Shown here: one piece after another, positions 10,490-21,363 of the stretch
How the letters are laid out: every line of letters begins with the position of its first letter
Numbering within the stretch: position 1 is the first letter of the stretch
Origin: Macrostomum lignano
Taxonomy: Eukaryota
Direction of reading: 5' to 3'
NCBI GenBank assembly: GCA_002269645.1
Contig: NIVC01002961.1
Coordinates: forward strand, 1 to 24,903
DNA: 24,903 nucleotides
Made by a program: the position numbers and the translations under genes
The notes under the pieces: generated by a model
What the model was told of the DNA's origin: nothing
What the model saw: the letters and a program-made list of their open reading frames with translations, nothing else
The model's database searches: none

Positions 10490-13400
10490 AGGACACTAGG
10501 ACAGACACCTGTAAATAGGACAAACACCTGTGAATAGGACAGGCACCGGTTGACAGGACAGACACCTGTGAACAGGGCAGCACCTGTGGATAGAACAAAC
10601 ACCTGTAGACAGGACAGATACATGGGAATATGACAGACACCTGTGGATAGGACAGATACCTGTAGACAGGACAGATACATGGGAATATGACAGACACCTG
10701 TGGATAGGACAGATACCTGTAGACAGGACAGATACATGGGAATATGACAGACACCTGTGGATAGGACAGATACCTGTAGACAGGACAGATACATGGGAAT
10801 ATGACAGACACCTGTAGACAGGACAGATACATGGGAATATGACAGACACCTGTGGATAGGACAGATACCTGTAGACAGGACAGATACATGGGAATATGAC
10901 AGACACCTGTGGATAGAACAAACACCTGTAGACAGGACAGATACATGGGAATATGACAGACACCTGTGGATAGGACAGATACCTGTAGACAGGACAGATA
11001 CATGGGAATATGACAGACACCTGTGGATAGGACAGATACCTGTAGACAGGACAGATACATGGGAATATGACAGACACCTGTGGATAGGACAGATACCTGT
11101 AGACAGGACAGATACATGGGAATATGACAGACACCTGTGGATAGGACGGATACCTGTAGACAGGACAGATACATGGGAATATGACAGACACCTGTGGATA
11201 GGACAGACACCTGTAAATAGGACAGATACATGGGAATATGACAGACACCTGTGGATAGGATAGACACCTGTAGACAGGACAGATACATGGGAATATGACA
11301 GACACCTGTGGATAGGATAGACACCTGTAGACAGGACAGATACATGGGAATATGACAGACACCTGTGGATAGGACAGATACCTGTAGACAGGACAGATAC
11401 ATGGGAATATGACAGACACCTGTGGATAGGACAGATACCTGTAGACAGGACAGATACATGGGAATATGACAGACACCTGTGGATAGGATAGACACCTGTA
11501 GACAGGACAGATACATGGGAATATGACAGACACCTGTTGATAGGATAGACACCTGTCTACAGACAGGACAGATACATGGGAATATGACAGACACCTGTGG
11601 ATAGGACAGACACCTGTAAATAGGACAGATACATGGGAATATGACAGACACCTGTTGATAGGATAGACACCTGTCTACAGACAGGACAGATACATGGGAA
11701 TATGACAGACACCTGTGGATAGGACAGACACATGTAAATAGGACAGATACATGGGAATATGACAGACACCTGTGGATAGGATAGACACCTGTAGACAGGA
11801 CAGATACATGGGAATATGACAGACACCTGTGGATAGGATAGACACCTGTAGACAGGACAGATACATGGGAATATGACAGACACCTGTGGATAGGATAGAC
11901 ACCTGTAGACAGGACAGATACATGGGAATATGACAGACACCTGTGGATAGGACAGATACCTGTAGACAGGACAGATACATGGGAATATGACAGACACCTG
12001 TGGATAGGATAGACACCTGTAGACAGGACAGATACATGGGAATATGACAGACACCTGTTGATAGGATAGACACCTGTCTACAGACAGGACAGATACATGG
12101 GAATATGACAGACACCTGTGGATAGGACAGACACCTGTAAATAGGACAGATACATGGGAATATGACAGACACCTGTGGATAGGATAGACACCTGTAGACA
12201 GGACAGATACATGGGAATATGACAGACACCTGTTGATAGGATAGACACCTGTCTACAGACAGGACAGATACATGGGAATATGACAGACACCTGTGGATAG
12301 GACAGACACATGTAAATAGGACAGATACATGGGAATATGACAGACACCTGTGGATAGGATAGACACCTGTAGACAGGACAGATACATGGGAATATGACAG
12401 ACACCTGTGGATAGGACAGACACCTGTAAATAGGACAGATACATGGGAATATGACAGACACCTGTGGATAGGATAGACACCTGTAGACAGGACAGATACA
12501 TGGGAATATGACAGACACCTGTTGATAGGATAGACACCTGTCTACAGACAGGACAGATACATGGGAATATGACAGACACCTGTAGACAGGACAGATACAT
12601 GGGAATATGACAGACACCTGTTGATAGGACTGATGCATGGGAATATGACAGACACCTGTAGACAGGACAGATACATGGGAATATGACAGACACCTGTAAA
12701 TAGGACAGATGCATGGGAATTTGACAGACACCTGTTGATAGGACAGATGCATGGGAATATGACAGACACCTGTAGACAGGACAGATACATGGGAATATGA
12801 CAGACACCTGTAAATAGGACAGATGCATGGGAATTTGACAGACACCTGTTGATAGGACAGATGCATGGGAATATGACAGACACCTGTAGACAGGACAGAT
12901 ACATGGGAATATGACAGACACCTGTAAATAGGACAGATGCATGGGAATTTGACAGACACCTGTTGATAGGACAGATGCATGGGAATATGACAGACACCTG
13001 TAGACAGGACAGATACATGGGAATATGACAGACACCTGTTGATAGGACTGATGCATGGGAATATGACAGACACCTGTAGACAGGACAGATACATGGGAAT
13101 ATGACAGACACCTGTAAATAGGACAGATGCATGGGAATTTGACAGACACCTGTTGATAGGACAGATGCATGGGAATATGACAGACACCTGTAGACAGGAC
13201 AGATACATGGGAATATGACAGACACCTGTAAATAGGACAGATGCATGGGAATTTGACAGACACCTGTTGATAGGACAGATGCATGGGAATATGACAGACA
13301 CCTGTAGACAGGACAGATACATGGGAATATGACAGACACCTGTAAATAGGACAGATGCATGGGAATTTGACAGACACCTGTTGATAGGACAGATGCATGG

Positions 13401-13568
13401 GAATATGACAGACACCTGTAGACAGGACAGATACATGGGAATATGACAGACACCTGTAAATAGGACAGATGCATGGGAATTTGACAGACACCTGTTGATA
13501 GGATAGACACCTGTAGACAGGACAGATACATGGGATTATGACAGACACCTGTGAACAGGACAGATACA
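10490..13568. repeat. About 3.1-kb satellite: 19-bp monomers arranged as a 57-bp higher-order repeat
   Basis: GACAGACACCTGTGGATAG + GACAGATACCTGTAGACAG + GACAGATACATGGGAATAT, with 38-bp and other derived orders later in the array. It explains all the long Cys/Val-rich minus-strand ORFs from 10366 to 13569. Confidence 0.97.
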
Positions 13569-14340
13569 ACTACGAGTATTCCGAGGATATGTATCTCTTC
13601 CTATTACATAGACCAATGGTTCGTTGAAATTTGTAAAATATTTTTGTTTATATAAACCTTCTCAATTGGCACTCTTTAGCTGTCTGCATCTGTTTATCCA
13701 GAAATTTTATTGCGCTTATTTCAGTTTGATTTATAATTGTATTAAAGATTTTCTAAACCATATTTAGTTCCGCTTTTGATAAATAATGAGGTCAATCGAT
13801 ATTATTGTTAAGATATTACGTAATCAGTGTATATGAATGCAGCCGAGAAAAAATATAGTTTCTGTTATAAAAAAATATTGCATTTTTCTTGCCTAACCTA
13901 GAAATGTACACAAAGTGTGCTGACTTCGCTATGGTACTACTATTAGTACGATATAACGGCTAGTGCCTGTTTATTTTCGTTCAACTTGAAAAACTTAATG
14001 CAACTTTGTAAAAAAATAATCATATGAATTTCATATTTTGGCATTTTTAATTACCTTTAAAATGGCTTTTGTTGGACATACAATAAACTCAGCCCTCAAG
14101 TTTTACTTTCCAGTGTATGCGATGACAATTTCTTTTTGACTGCCGTGTCTAATAATCTAGAAAAATAAGTGTGTTTTTGTGTTTGTGTGCGTTTGTGACT
14201 GAGCCACTACTAAACTATCTTTCAGTGACTTCAAGGGCGCTGTTTAAAAAAAATAAATTGTAATATAATAACTTCGGATTTTAATTTTCCCTGTGTCAGA
14301 CAATTTTTTCTTTTTTATTTGTTTCAGTTTCTTTATAATC

Positions 14341-15345
14341 TGAGTCACTGGGGTTAGATTATGGCTACTCAGAGAGTCACTGGGGTTACAGTATGGCTAC
14401 TCAGACTGGGGTTGAAGTATGGCTACTCAGAGAGTCACTGGGGTTAGAGTATGGCTACTCAGAGAGTCACTGGGGTTAGATTATGGCTACTCAAAGAGTC
14501 ACTGGGGTTAGATTATGGCTACTCAGAGAGTCACTGGGGTTAGAGTATGGCTACTCAGAGAGTCACTGGGGTTAGAGTATGGCTACTCAGAGAATCACTG
14601 GGGTTAGAGTATGGCTACTCAGACTGGGGTTCGAGTATGGCTACTCAGAGTCACTGGGGTTAGAGTATGGCTACTCAGAGAGTCACTGGGGTTAGAGTAT
14701 GGCTACTCAGACTGGGGTTCGAGTATGGCTACTCAGACTGGGGTTAGAGTATGGCTACTCAGACTGGGGTTAGAGTATGGCTACTCAGACTGGGGTTAGA
14801 GTATGGCTACTGAGAGTCACTGGGGTTAGAGTATGGCTACTGAGAGTCACTGGGGTTAGAGTATGGCTACTCAGAGAGTCACTGGGGTTAGAGTATGGCT
14901 ACTCAGACTGGGGTTCAAGTATGGCTACTCAGAGAGTCACTGGGGTTAGAGTATGGCTACTCAGAGAGTCACTGGGGTTAGAGTATGGCTACTCAGAGAG
15001 TCACTGGGGTTAGAGTATGGCTACTCAGACTGGGGTTAGAGTATGGCTACTCAGAGTCACTGGGGTTAGAGTATGGCTACTCAGAGAGTCACTGGGGTTA
15101 GAGTATGGCTACTCAGAGAGTCACTGGGGTTAGAGTATGGCTACTCAGAAAGTCACTGGGGTTAGAGTATGGCTACTCAGAGAGTCACTGGGGTTAGAGT
15201 ATGGCTACTCAGAGAGTCACTGGGGTTAGAGTATAGCTACTCAGAGAGTCACTGGGGTTAGAGTATGGCTACTCAGAGAGTCACTGGGGTTAGAGTATGG
15301 CTACTCAGAGAGTCACTGGGGTTAGAGTATGGCTACACAGAGTCA
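14341..15345. repeat. Minisatellite, 32-bp unit TGGGGTTAGAGTATGGCTACTCAGAGAGTCAC (26- and 30-bp deletion variants)
   Basis: About 30 tandem copies directly upstream of the MSS4 coding sequence. Confidence 0.96.
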
Positions 15346-15419
15346 CAACAGTCTCAACTTCTATTTTAGAGTATAAAAGTATGCTGATTTCACTTCTTTG
15401 CATGCCAGCAGTGGCCACA

Positions 15420-15830
15420 ATGTCATCAGCACCAGCTGACTCAACAAACCCTCACAATCTTGCCTGTCAATACTGCGGCAGTTTGATTTTGCAGGCGGGC
15501 GTAGCAACAATCTGTCCATCAGAAGAGACTCACCAGCTGCCGGCAATGCACGCCAAACAGGCTAGCAAGCCGTCAGATTTTCCTTTAGAATCTTGTCCAG
15601 GTCAATGGTGGTGCGTACTCGACATGATGCAGTTTGAAAATATTGGCTTCACTAACACTGTTGACGGGTTGCGATATTTGATCTGCGCCGACTGTGAGAA
15701 AGGTCCAGTTGGTTTGGTTCAACAGTCTGGCAGTGCTTCTGATGCTGCTGCTGCTGCTGCCCCAACAGTTCGACATCTTATTAGCGAGCACCGGGTTCGA
15801 GTCTTGACAGCATCAAGCCAGGCAGACTAA
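15420..15830 (+). CDS. RABIF: MSS4/RABIF-family Rab guanine nucleotide exchange factor/chaperone (136 aa)
   Basis: [27 protein letters not shown]...[36 protein letters not shown] has both zinc CxxC pairs and the FENxGF signature of MSS4. The ATG at 15420 sits in a gccacaATG context. The upstream part of the track ORF (from 15297) is repeat read-through. Confidence 0.92.
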   Translation: MSSAPADSTNPHNLACQYCGSLILQAGVATICPSEETHQLPAMHAKQASKPSDFPLESCPGQWWCVLDMMQFENIGFTNTVDGLRYLICADCEKGPVGLVQQSGSASDAAAAAAPTVRHLISEHRVRVLTASSQAD

Positions 15831-17214
15831 AACCGAGAGTGACCTTATGTCAACAATGATTTTTTTACTTGAAAGAACAAAACAATAATAGTTTAATCCA
15901 GTTCGCTCCTCTCATCTTCTGGACTTGCCAGGAATCCTAAATGAAGTTTTTTTAGAAAATTTTCGACGAAGAAATGAAGGTCAACTCACAACTAACAAAG
16001 AATTATTTATGGAAGTGAAAATCAATTCTAGTTTTAAAAATCGTAAGTTACTACTCGTAGCATTGTGACAAGAGGCAGAGAGGCAGGCCGTTACAGACAC
16101 AGTTCAATTATTTCTCAGAATGATGTCACTTTGCTCAGCTTTCTGCCATAGACAAAAAGGTTTTACCTATCCCATAAGTCAAATTCTGAGCGTCTGTGTT
16201 TGACGAATTTCACTCACTGCGACAGATTCAAAGTTGAAAAGGTATTAAAGGGGTTTTGGAAAGCATTAATACGGAGTCCGGTAGTATTTCTTGGAAAGAC
16301 AATAGCTTTCAATAAACTTGAACGAGCAAAAATTTGCTTGCTTGCTTTCGAATTCGAAAGTGCTTCAGTGAAACTGCATTTGAATGCCAACTTCAAATTG
16401 ATGTGTCAATTATCATATACGAGTAATTATCGATCAAATTTATAACAAAATGAGTAATAAGAAGACTTAACTATAGAATATTGGTCTGTCTCGCTTATCT
16501 GTCCTATGATTTGTTCAAGTTTTTGTCCTAGTTATCAACTGCGCATTATTTGCTAATCAGTTAAACTGCCAGCTCAATTAGGTGATTGTTTTGTTAATTG
16601 CCCGAGTTTTTTTTACATTCCCCCAAAGGTTTTTTGCAATGCAAGCTCTTTTAAAATCGCATTAACAATAATTATTTTTATTTGTGTACTGTCGTTAAGA
16701 ACATTTGGGGGGTATGAAGCGTTGGGGATTTTTATGGATGGGGATCGTGACGCATTGGAATTGTGGTTATGAGGACCGTGACGGATGGGGATTGTGACAG
16801 ATGGGAAGTCTTTAGGATATGAAGGTATTTTGCGAGGTTCTTGGGATCTTAAATTATTGATATAATATACATTTATAAATTTAATATAAATAAAATGCGC
16901 TGCTAGCTTACTATCATCAAGTTATTCCTGTTTGCTTTGCTTGTGTTTTTCTGTATATTGCTTATGATTATAATTAATAAAAAGTTTCATTTGAAAAACT
17001 TAAAGATCGGTTCAATATTGATTACGAGCGTAATTATCACTATATACACGAGTATACATTGCAATTTTATGCGTGAATTAGAAATATGCGTCTTATTTCT
17101 TTGTTTTTATTACTGTTCCATCGAAGAGATGTAAAAGTATTTAGATATATGCAGTTTCATTACATTTAGCCACCCTTGTAGAAAAGGTTTACTCGTGGAC
17201 AAGGTGTTTGCTGT

Positions 17215-17853
17215 GGTGTGGAGTGGTGGGTGCTATTTGCAAGTGCTTTGGCGGTGGGTGCTGCTGGGTGGCGGGTGCCGTGGGGTGGCGGGTGCCGTGA
17301 GGTGGCGAGTGCAGGGTGGTGGGTGTTGTGGGGTCGGGTGCTGTAGGGTAGCGAGTGCTGTGGGGTGGCGAGTGCTGTGGGGTGGTGGGTGCTTTGGGGT
17401 GGTGGTTGTTGTGGGGTGGCGTGTGCTGTGGGGTGGCGAGTGCTGTGGGGTGGTGGGTGCTTTGGGGTGGTGGTTGTTGTGGGGTGGCGTGTGCTGTGGG
17501 GTGGCGAGTGCTGTGGTGGTGGGTGCTATGGTGTAGTGGTTTTTATGGAATAGCGAGTGCTGTGGGGTGGCGATTGCTGTGGGGTGGTTGGTGCTATGGG
17601 GTGGTGGTTGTTATGGGGTGGCGAGTGCTGTGGGTTGGCAAGTACTGTGGGGTGGCGAGTGCTGTGGGGTGGTGTGGCGAGTGCTGTGGGGTGGTGGGTG
17701 CTTTTGGCGGGTGGTGCTGTGGGGTGGTGGGTGCTTTTGGCGGGTGCTCTGTGGCCACAAGTGCTTTAGGTGGTACTATTGGGTGGTTCGTGCTTTCGGC
17801 TGGTGCTCTGTGGCCACGAGTGCTTGAGGTGGTACTATGGGGTGGTGGGTGCT
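17215..17853. repeat. G/T-rich degenerate tandem repeat (GTGGCGAGTGCTGTGGG-like)
   Basis: Repeated GGGGTGG(C/T)G(A/G)GTGCT motifs with very few A on the plus strand. The Trp/Gly/Val ORFs here are artefacts. Confidence 0.9.
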
Positions 17854-17999
17854 TCCAATCAATCTCTTGATCATCTTCAATTTTGCCACCAAAATACACC
17901 TAAGTGTTTGATGGCATGTCTACGACAAAACTCGATCATTGTTGTGTTCTGCATACTTGGATTAAAAAGTACACACTGCTCCTGCAAATTCTATTATTC

Positions 18000-19134
18000 A
18001 TGGCCCACTTTGACGAACGCAGCGGCGAGGTCTGTGTCAATTTTCCTGGCGGCAGATGGTGGCAGACATTAGACGAGGTGTACATCGAACTGCAAGTGCC
18101 AGAAGGCACCCGAGGCACTCAGGTTGTGTGCAAAATAGGCGTGAATAATCTGCGAGTTTCCCTGGCTGGTAGGTGAATGTTGACTAAGTTGCTGTGAAAC
18201 TATAGTAGATGGAAAAGATAGACAGGTATAGGCCTAAAAAACTGACAGTTCAAAGAAAAGTAGACAAGTTGGTAGAAAAAATGAAGGTTTCCGGAGAGGT
18301 AGTTAGTAGAGTTTAATAGATAAAGTACATAGATTCGTAGTCAAAGTAGACAACCTGATAGGCAAACAAGACAACTTGGTAGACAAAGTAGACAGTTTAG
18401 TAGACAAAGTAAACAGTTTGGTAGACAAAGTAGACAGTTTGGTAGACAAAGTAGACAACTTGGTAGACAAAGTAGACAACTTGGTAGACAAAGTAGACAG
18501 TTTGGTAGACAAAGTAGACAACTTGGTAGACAAAGTAGACAGTTTGGTAGACAAAGTAGACAACTTGGTAGACAAAGTAGACAACTTGGTAGACAAAGTA
18601 GACAGTTTGGTAGACAAAGTAGACAGTTTGGTAGACAAAGTAGACGGCTTGGTAGACAAAGTAGACAACTTGGTAGACAAAGTAGACAGTTTGGTAGACA
18701 AATTAGACAGCTTGCTAAACTACATAGACAGGTCGGTTTGAGAAGGTAATCTAAGCAGAGAGCTAAAAATGACAACCTGAAATCTTGTAGTTCCCAATCC
18801 CATTGCTCAAATCGCAATTCACACAGGTGGTCAGTCACTTCTGTCAGGCGATCTACCTAAGTCAGTCAGACCAGACGAGAGCTCTTGGACTCTCGCTGAC
18901 CGTCGTCTGCTTCAAATTGTGCTCGCCAAAGCATCGCCCGATCCTGTGCAGAGCTGCTGGCCCTGCCTACTAGTAGGTCAGCCTGAGTTCGAGCCCGATC
19001 CACTCCAGCGCGACCAGATGGAGAAGAAGCTGACTCTCCAACGATTCCAATACGAGAATCCCGGCATGGACTTTTCTGGCGCAGAGATCACCGGCAATTA
19101 TGCCGGCGGCGGGCCGCAGTGGAGCTCCTCTTGA
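18000..19134 (+). CDS. NUDCD2: NudC domain-containing protein 2-like CS-domain co-chaperone (2 exons, 158 aa)
   Basis: Exons 18000-18168 (g|gtaggt) and 18827-19134 (acacag|gt), phase 1. The protein MAHFDERSG...WWQTLDEVYIELQVPEG...ESSWTLADRR...CWPCLL...DQMEKKLTLQRFQYENPGMDFSGAEITGNYAGGGP matches the recalled NUDCD2 N- and C-terminal signatures and its length. Confidence 0.93.
18345..18712. repeat. Minisatellite, 21-bp unit TTGGTAGACAAAGTAGACA(GT/AC), NUDCD2 intron
   Basis: About 17 tandem copies. They give the LVDKVDS and LSTKLST ORFs. Confidence 0.96.
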
Positions 19135-20130
19135 CTCTACCCATATGTTTAGAAAGTAGTCATAATTTGAGATAACTACTATAAGTAGCAAATTCGCGTT
19201 TAAATCGATGCCTTAAAGTAATGCATATGAATTGATAAATATAAATTAATTACGCGAGTTGGCTTGCCGCATTTTCTTCCCTTTTTTAAAGACTAATTAA
19301 TCTGAAAAAAATAATTTAACAGCTGTTTTGTTTATAGTTTTATTTTACGTGATTATTTTCCGGCTTTAATATTAGCAGCGCGATTTTTAAAATACAAGTT
19401 AATTATATAAAGTATACTTCGATCTTGAAAATTCTATATGTAAGGCACAGAAAGTGTACATGTCTGGCGATTAGAAAGTCAGAGCGGCTGTGCACCCTGT
19501 GTGAGCGTGCAGAAGTCAGCGGAATAGGCAGAATATTGACGTCAGCGCCGGTTGTGGGACCGATGTCACAAATCGAAGTGTTGGGCAAAATCAGTATTGT
19601 TTTATTTGTACGACTAGTATTATTTTTAGGAACTACGGAAACTCCGGAAATTCAGGATAGATAAATAAATTGAATTCATCAAAATTATTTCTTGCAGTAG
19701 GAGTTGCCAATCTCGCCTCGGTGAGAGCGCTCTATAGCCTTGGTCCACCCTGCTGTCTCCTCTGGATGTTCCCTGCTTTTGTGTCTCGCGGCTCTCATCT
19801 CTGACATTGGATTGGAGTCCTGGGTAATGAGTTCGTCCCGAATCGGGGAACACCGGCTGAGTCCGGGTTCCTCTTGCTCCAATTTGTGCCCCTGTCCAAC
19901 CCCTTGGACTGGCCTTTTTATAGAGCTGGATAGCGAAAAAGCCTTGAGGCTCGCCAGACTAAGCTGCTCGGCCAGACTCTCCAATATAAAGCACTATTTC
20001 CGTAGACTTTGGGGTCTCCCCACTTTCGGACCGCTTTTTCAAAATTTTTCGCGTGCACACTCGGGTCTTATCGTTAGGGGGTGGCTTGGGTGGACTCGGT
20101 CCAGCACTGTCCCTGATTCCACTGTGGGTT

Positions 20131-20284
20131 GGCGGTGTCTTAGTCCATAGGCTTGAGCTATGGACTAAGACACCGCCTTGAGCTATGGACTAAGACACCG
20201 CCTTGAGCTATGGACTAAGACACCGCCTTGAGCTATGGACTAAAACACCGCCTTGAGCTATGGACTAAGACGCTATGGACTAAG
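20131..20284. repeat. 25-bp tandem repeat TTGAGCTATGGACTAAGACACCGCC (4 full copies plus partials) preceded by one inverted 20-bp copy
   Basis: Direct units start at 20153, 20178, 20203, 20228 and 20253. Bases 20131-20150 are the exact reverse complement of 20158-20177. Confidence 0.95.
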
Positions 20285-21027
20285 TAGCCCCAATTCTTGG
20301 CCCGTTCTTCAAATCAAGAAGGAATACAAATCCAACGGTTGTCTAGGGCAAAAAGCCTTTCTGCCCTAGAAAGCCTGAAGGATTTATATAGTTTCCAGGC
20401 CTTGAGACCTGGACCCAAGCGTGGCCTCTCGGGCTATATGCCCCTGGTAGTATGGCCCACAGACAGATCCAGCGGCAAAGCCCTACTTAGGCTGAACCGC
20501 GGGGGCCCCTGGCTTCCCATCCTCGTTTAATAATATAATATATAGGACATGCTGAATGTATCGAGTCCTTTCGACTAGAAAGGTTTTTTAATAGAGAGGA
20601 CATGTTATATGGCACTTCGGTAACAATTTTAGTTATGCGTGTCATGTGGCCCGCAGAGCCAAGTAACTTATTTATTATCAAATAGTTCACTGCCTTGTGA
20701 GAAAAAATGTGGCCTGCTTATCTCTATGAGCAATATTAAGTATAGCTCAAGTTTAAGCCGAATTTTTCTTGCGCGGCTAAGTGCTGTTTTACAGGCATTC
20801 TTGTGATTGCAGAAACATGTCGCGCTTGTTTTATTAAAAGTACACGATTGAAAAAAGAATTTATAACAAAAATAGATATTAATCCTGGAATTAATAATGC
20901 GATTGAGAAACATAAAAAAACATTTGTGCATGTAATAACAGTTATTTACGCGATCAGATCAATATATTAAAAACGCTGGAATGCTGAAGATCGAGATCGG
21001 TAATACAAGAAATCAAATCACAATTCT

Positions 21028-21338
21028 GGCCGACATGTATCGAAAAAAAATTATCAATTAAAAATTTTTGCAATGGACTTTTATTGCTACGATCTTGGCC
21101 GATATGTATCGAAAGTATTATAATATTCGCTCAAAAATATTTGCAGCTGACATGTATAATCTTTTAATATTTGGCCGATATGTATCGAAAGTATTAATAA
21201 GAATCGTAGCTATTATAGCCTTTGCTGCAATTTTTGTCGATATGTATCGAAAGTAATAATAATGAATTGAAAAATTTCATTGCTTTTTTACTGTCTTTGC
21301 TATGATTTTGGCCGATATGTATCGAAAGTGATAATAAT
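21028..21338. repeat. Degenerate repeat of about 62-76 bp period with conserved core GGCCGATATGTATCGAAAGT
   Basis: Cores lie at about 21028, 21097, 21173, 21235 and 21310, with a partial copy near 21145. Confidence 0.85.
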
Positions 21339-21363
21339 CAAGTGAAATTTTTCCTTCACGTAG

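Noticed and set aside
10366-13569. Cys-rich ORFs of 142-452 aa on the minus strand
   Set aside because: They are periodic translations of the 19/57-bp satellite with no unique sequence or domain.
16200-16445. Overlapping short ORFs on both strands, with a GTGAGT donor-like site on the minus strand near 16213-16218
   Set aside because: No recognisable motif, no partner exon and AT-rich composition; not supportable without transcript data.
17195-18072. Trp/Gly/Val/Cys-rich ORFs
   Set aside because: They arise mostly from the G/T-rich repeat; only 18000-18168 is real coding sequence (NUDCD2 exon 1).
19685-20530. ORFs of 75-136 aa in the GC island as TE proteins
   Set aside because: No convincing transposase, reverse transcriptase or recombinase motif; kept only as a non-coding finding.
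20131-21338. Possible CRISPR arrays (25-mer repeats; about 20-bp cores with spacers)
   Set aside because: The 25-mers have no spacers, the spacers of the second array are related to each other, the context is eukaryotic, and there are no cas genes.
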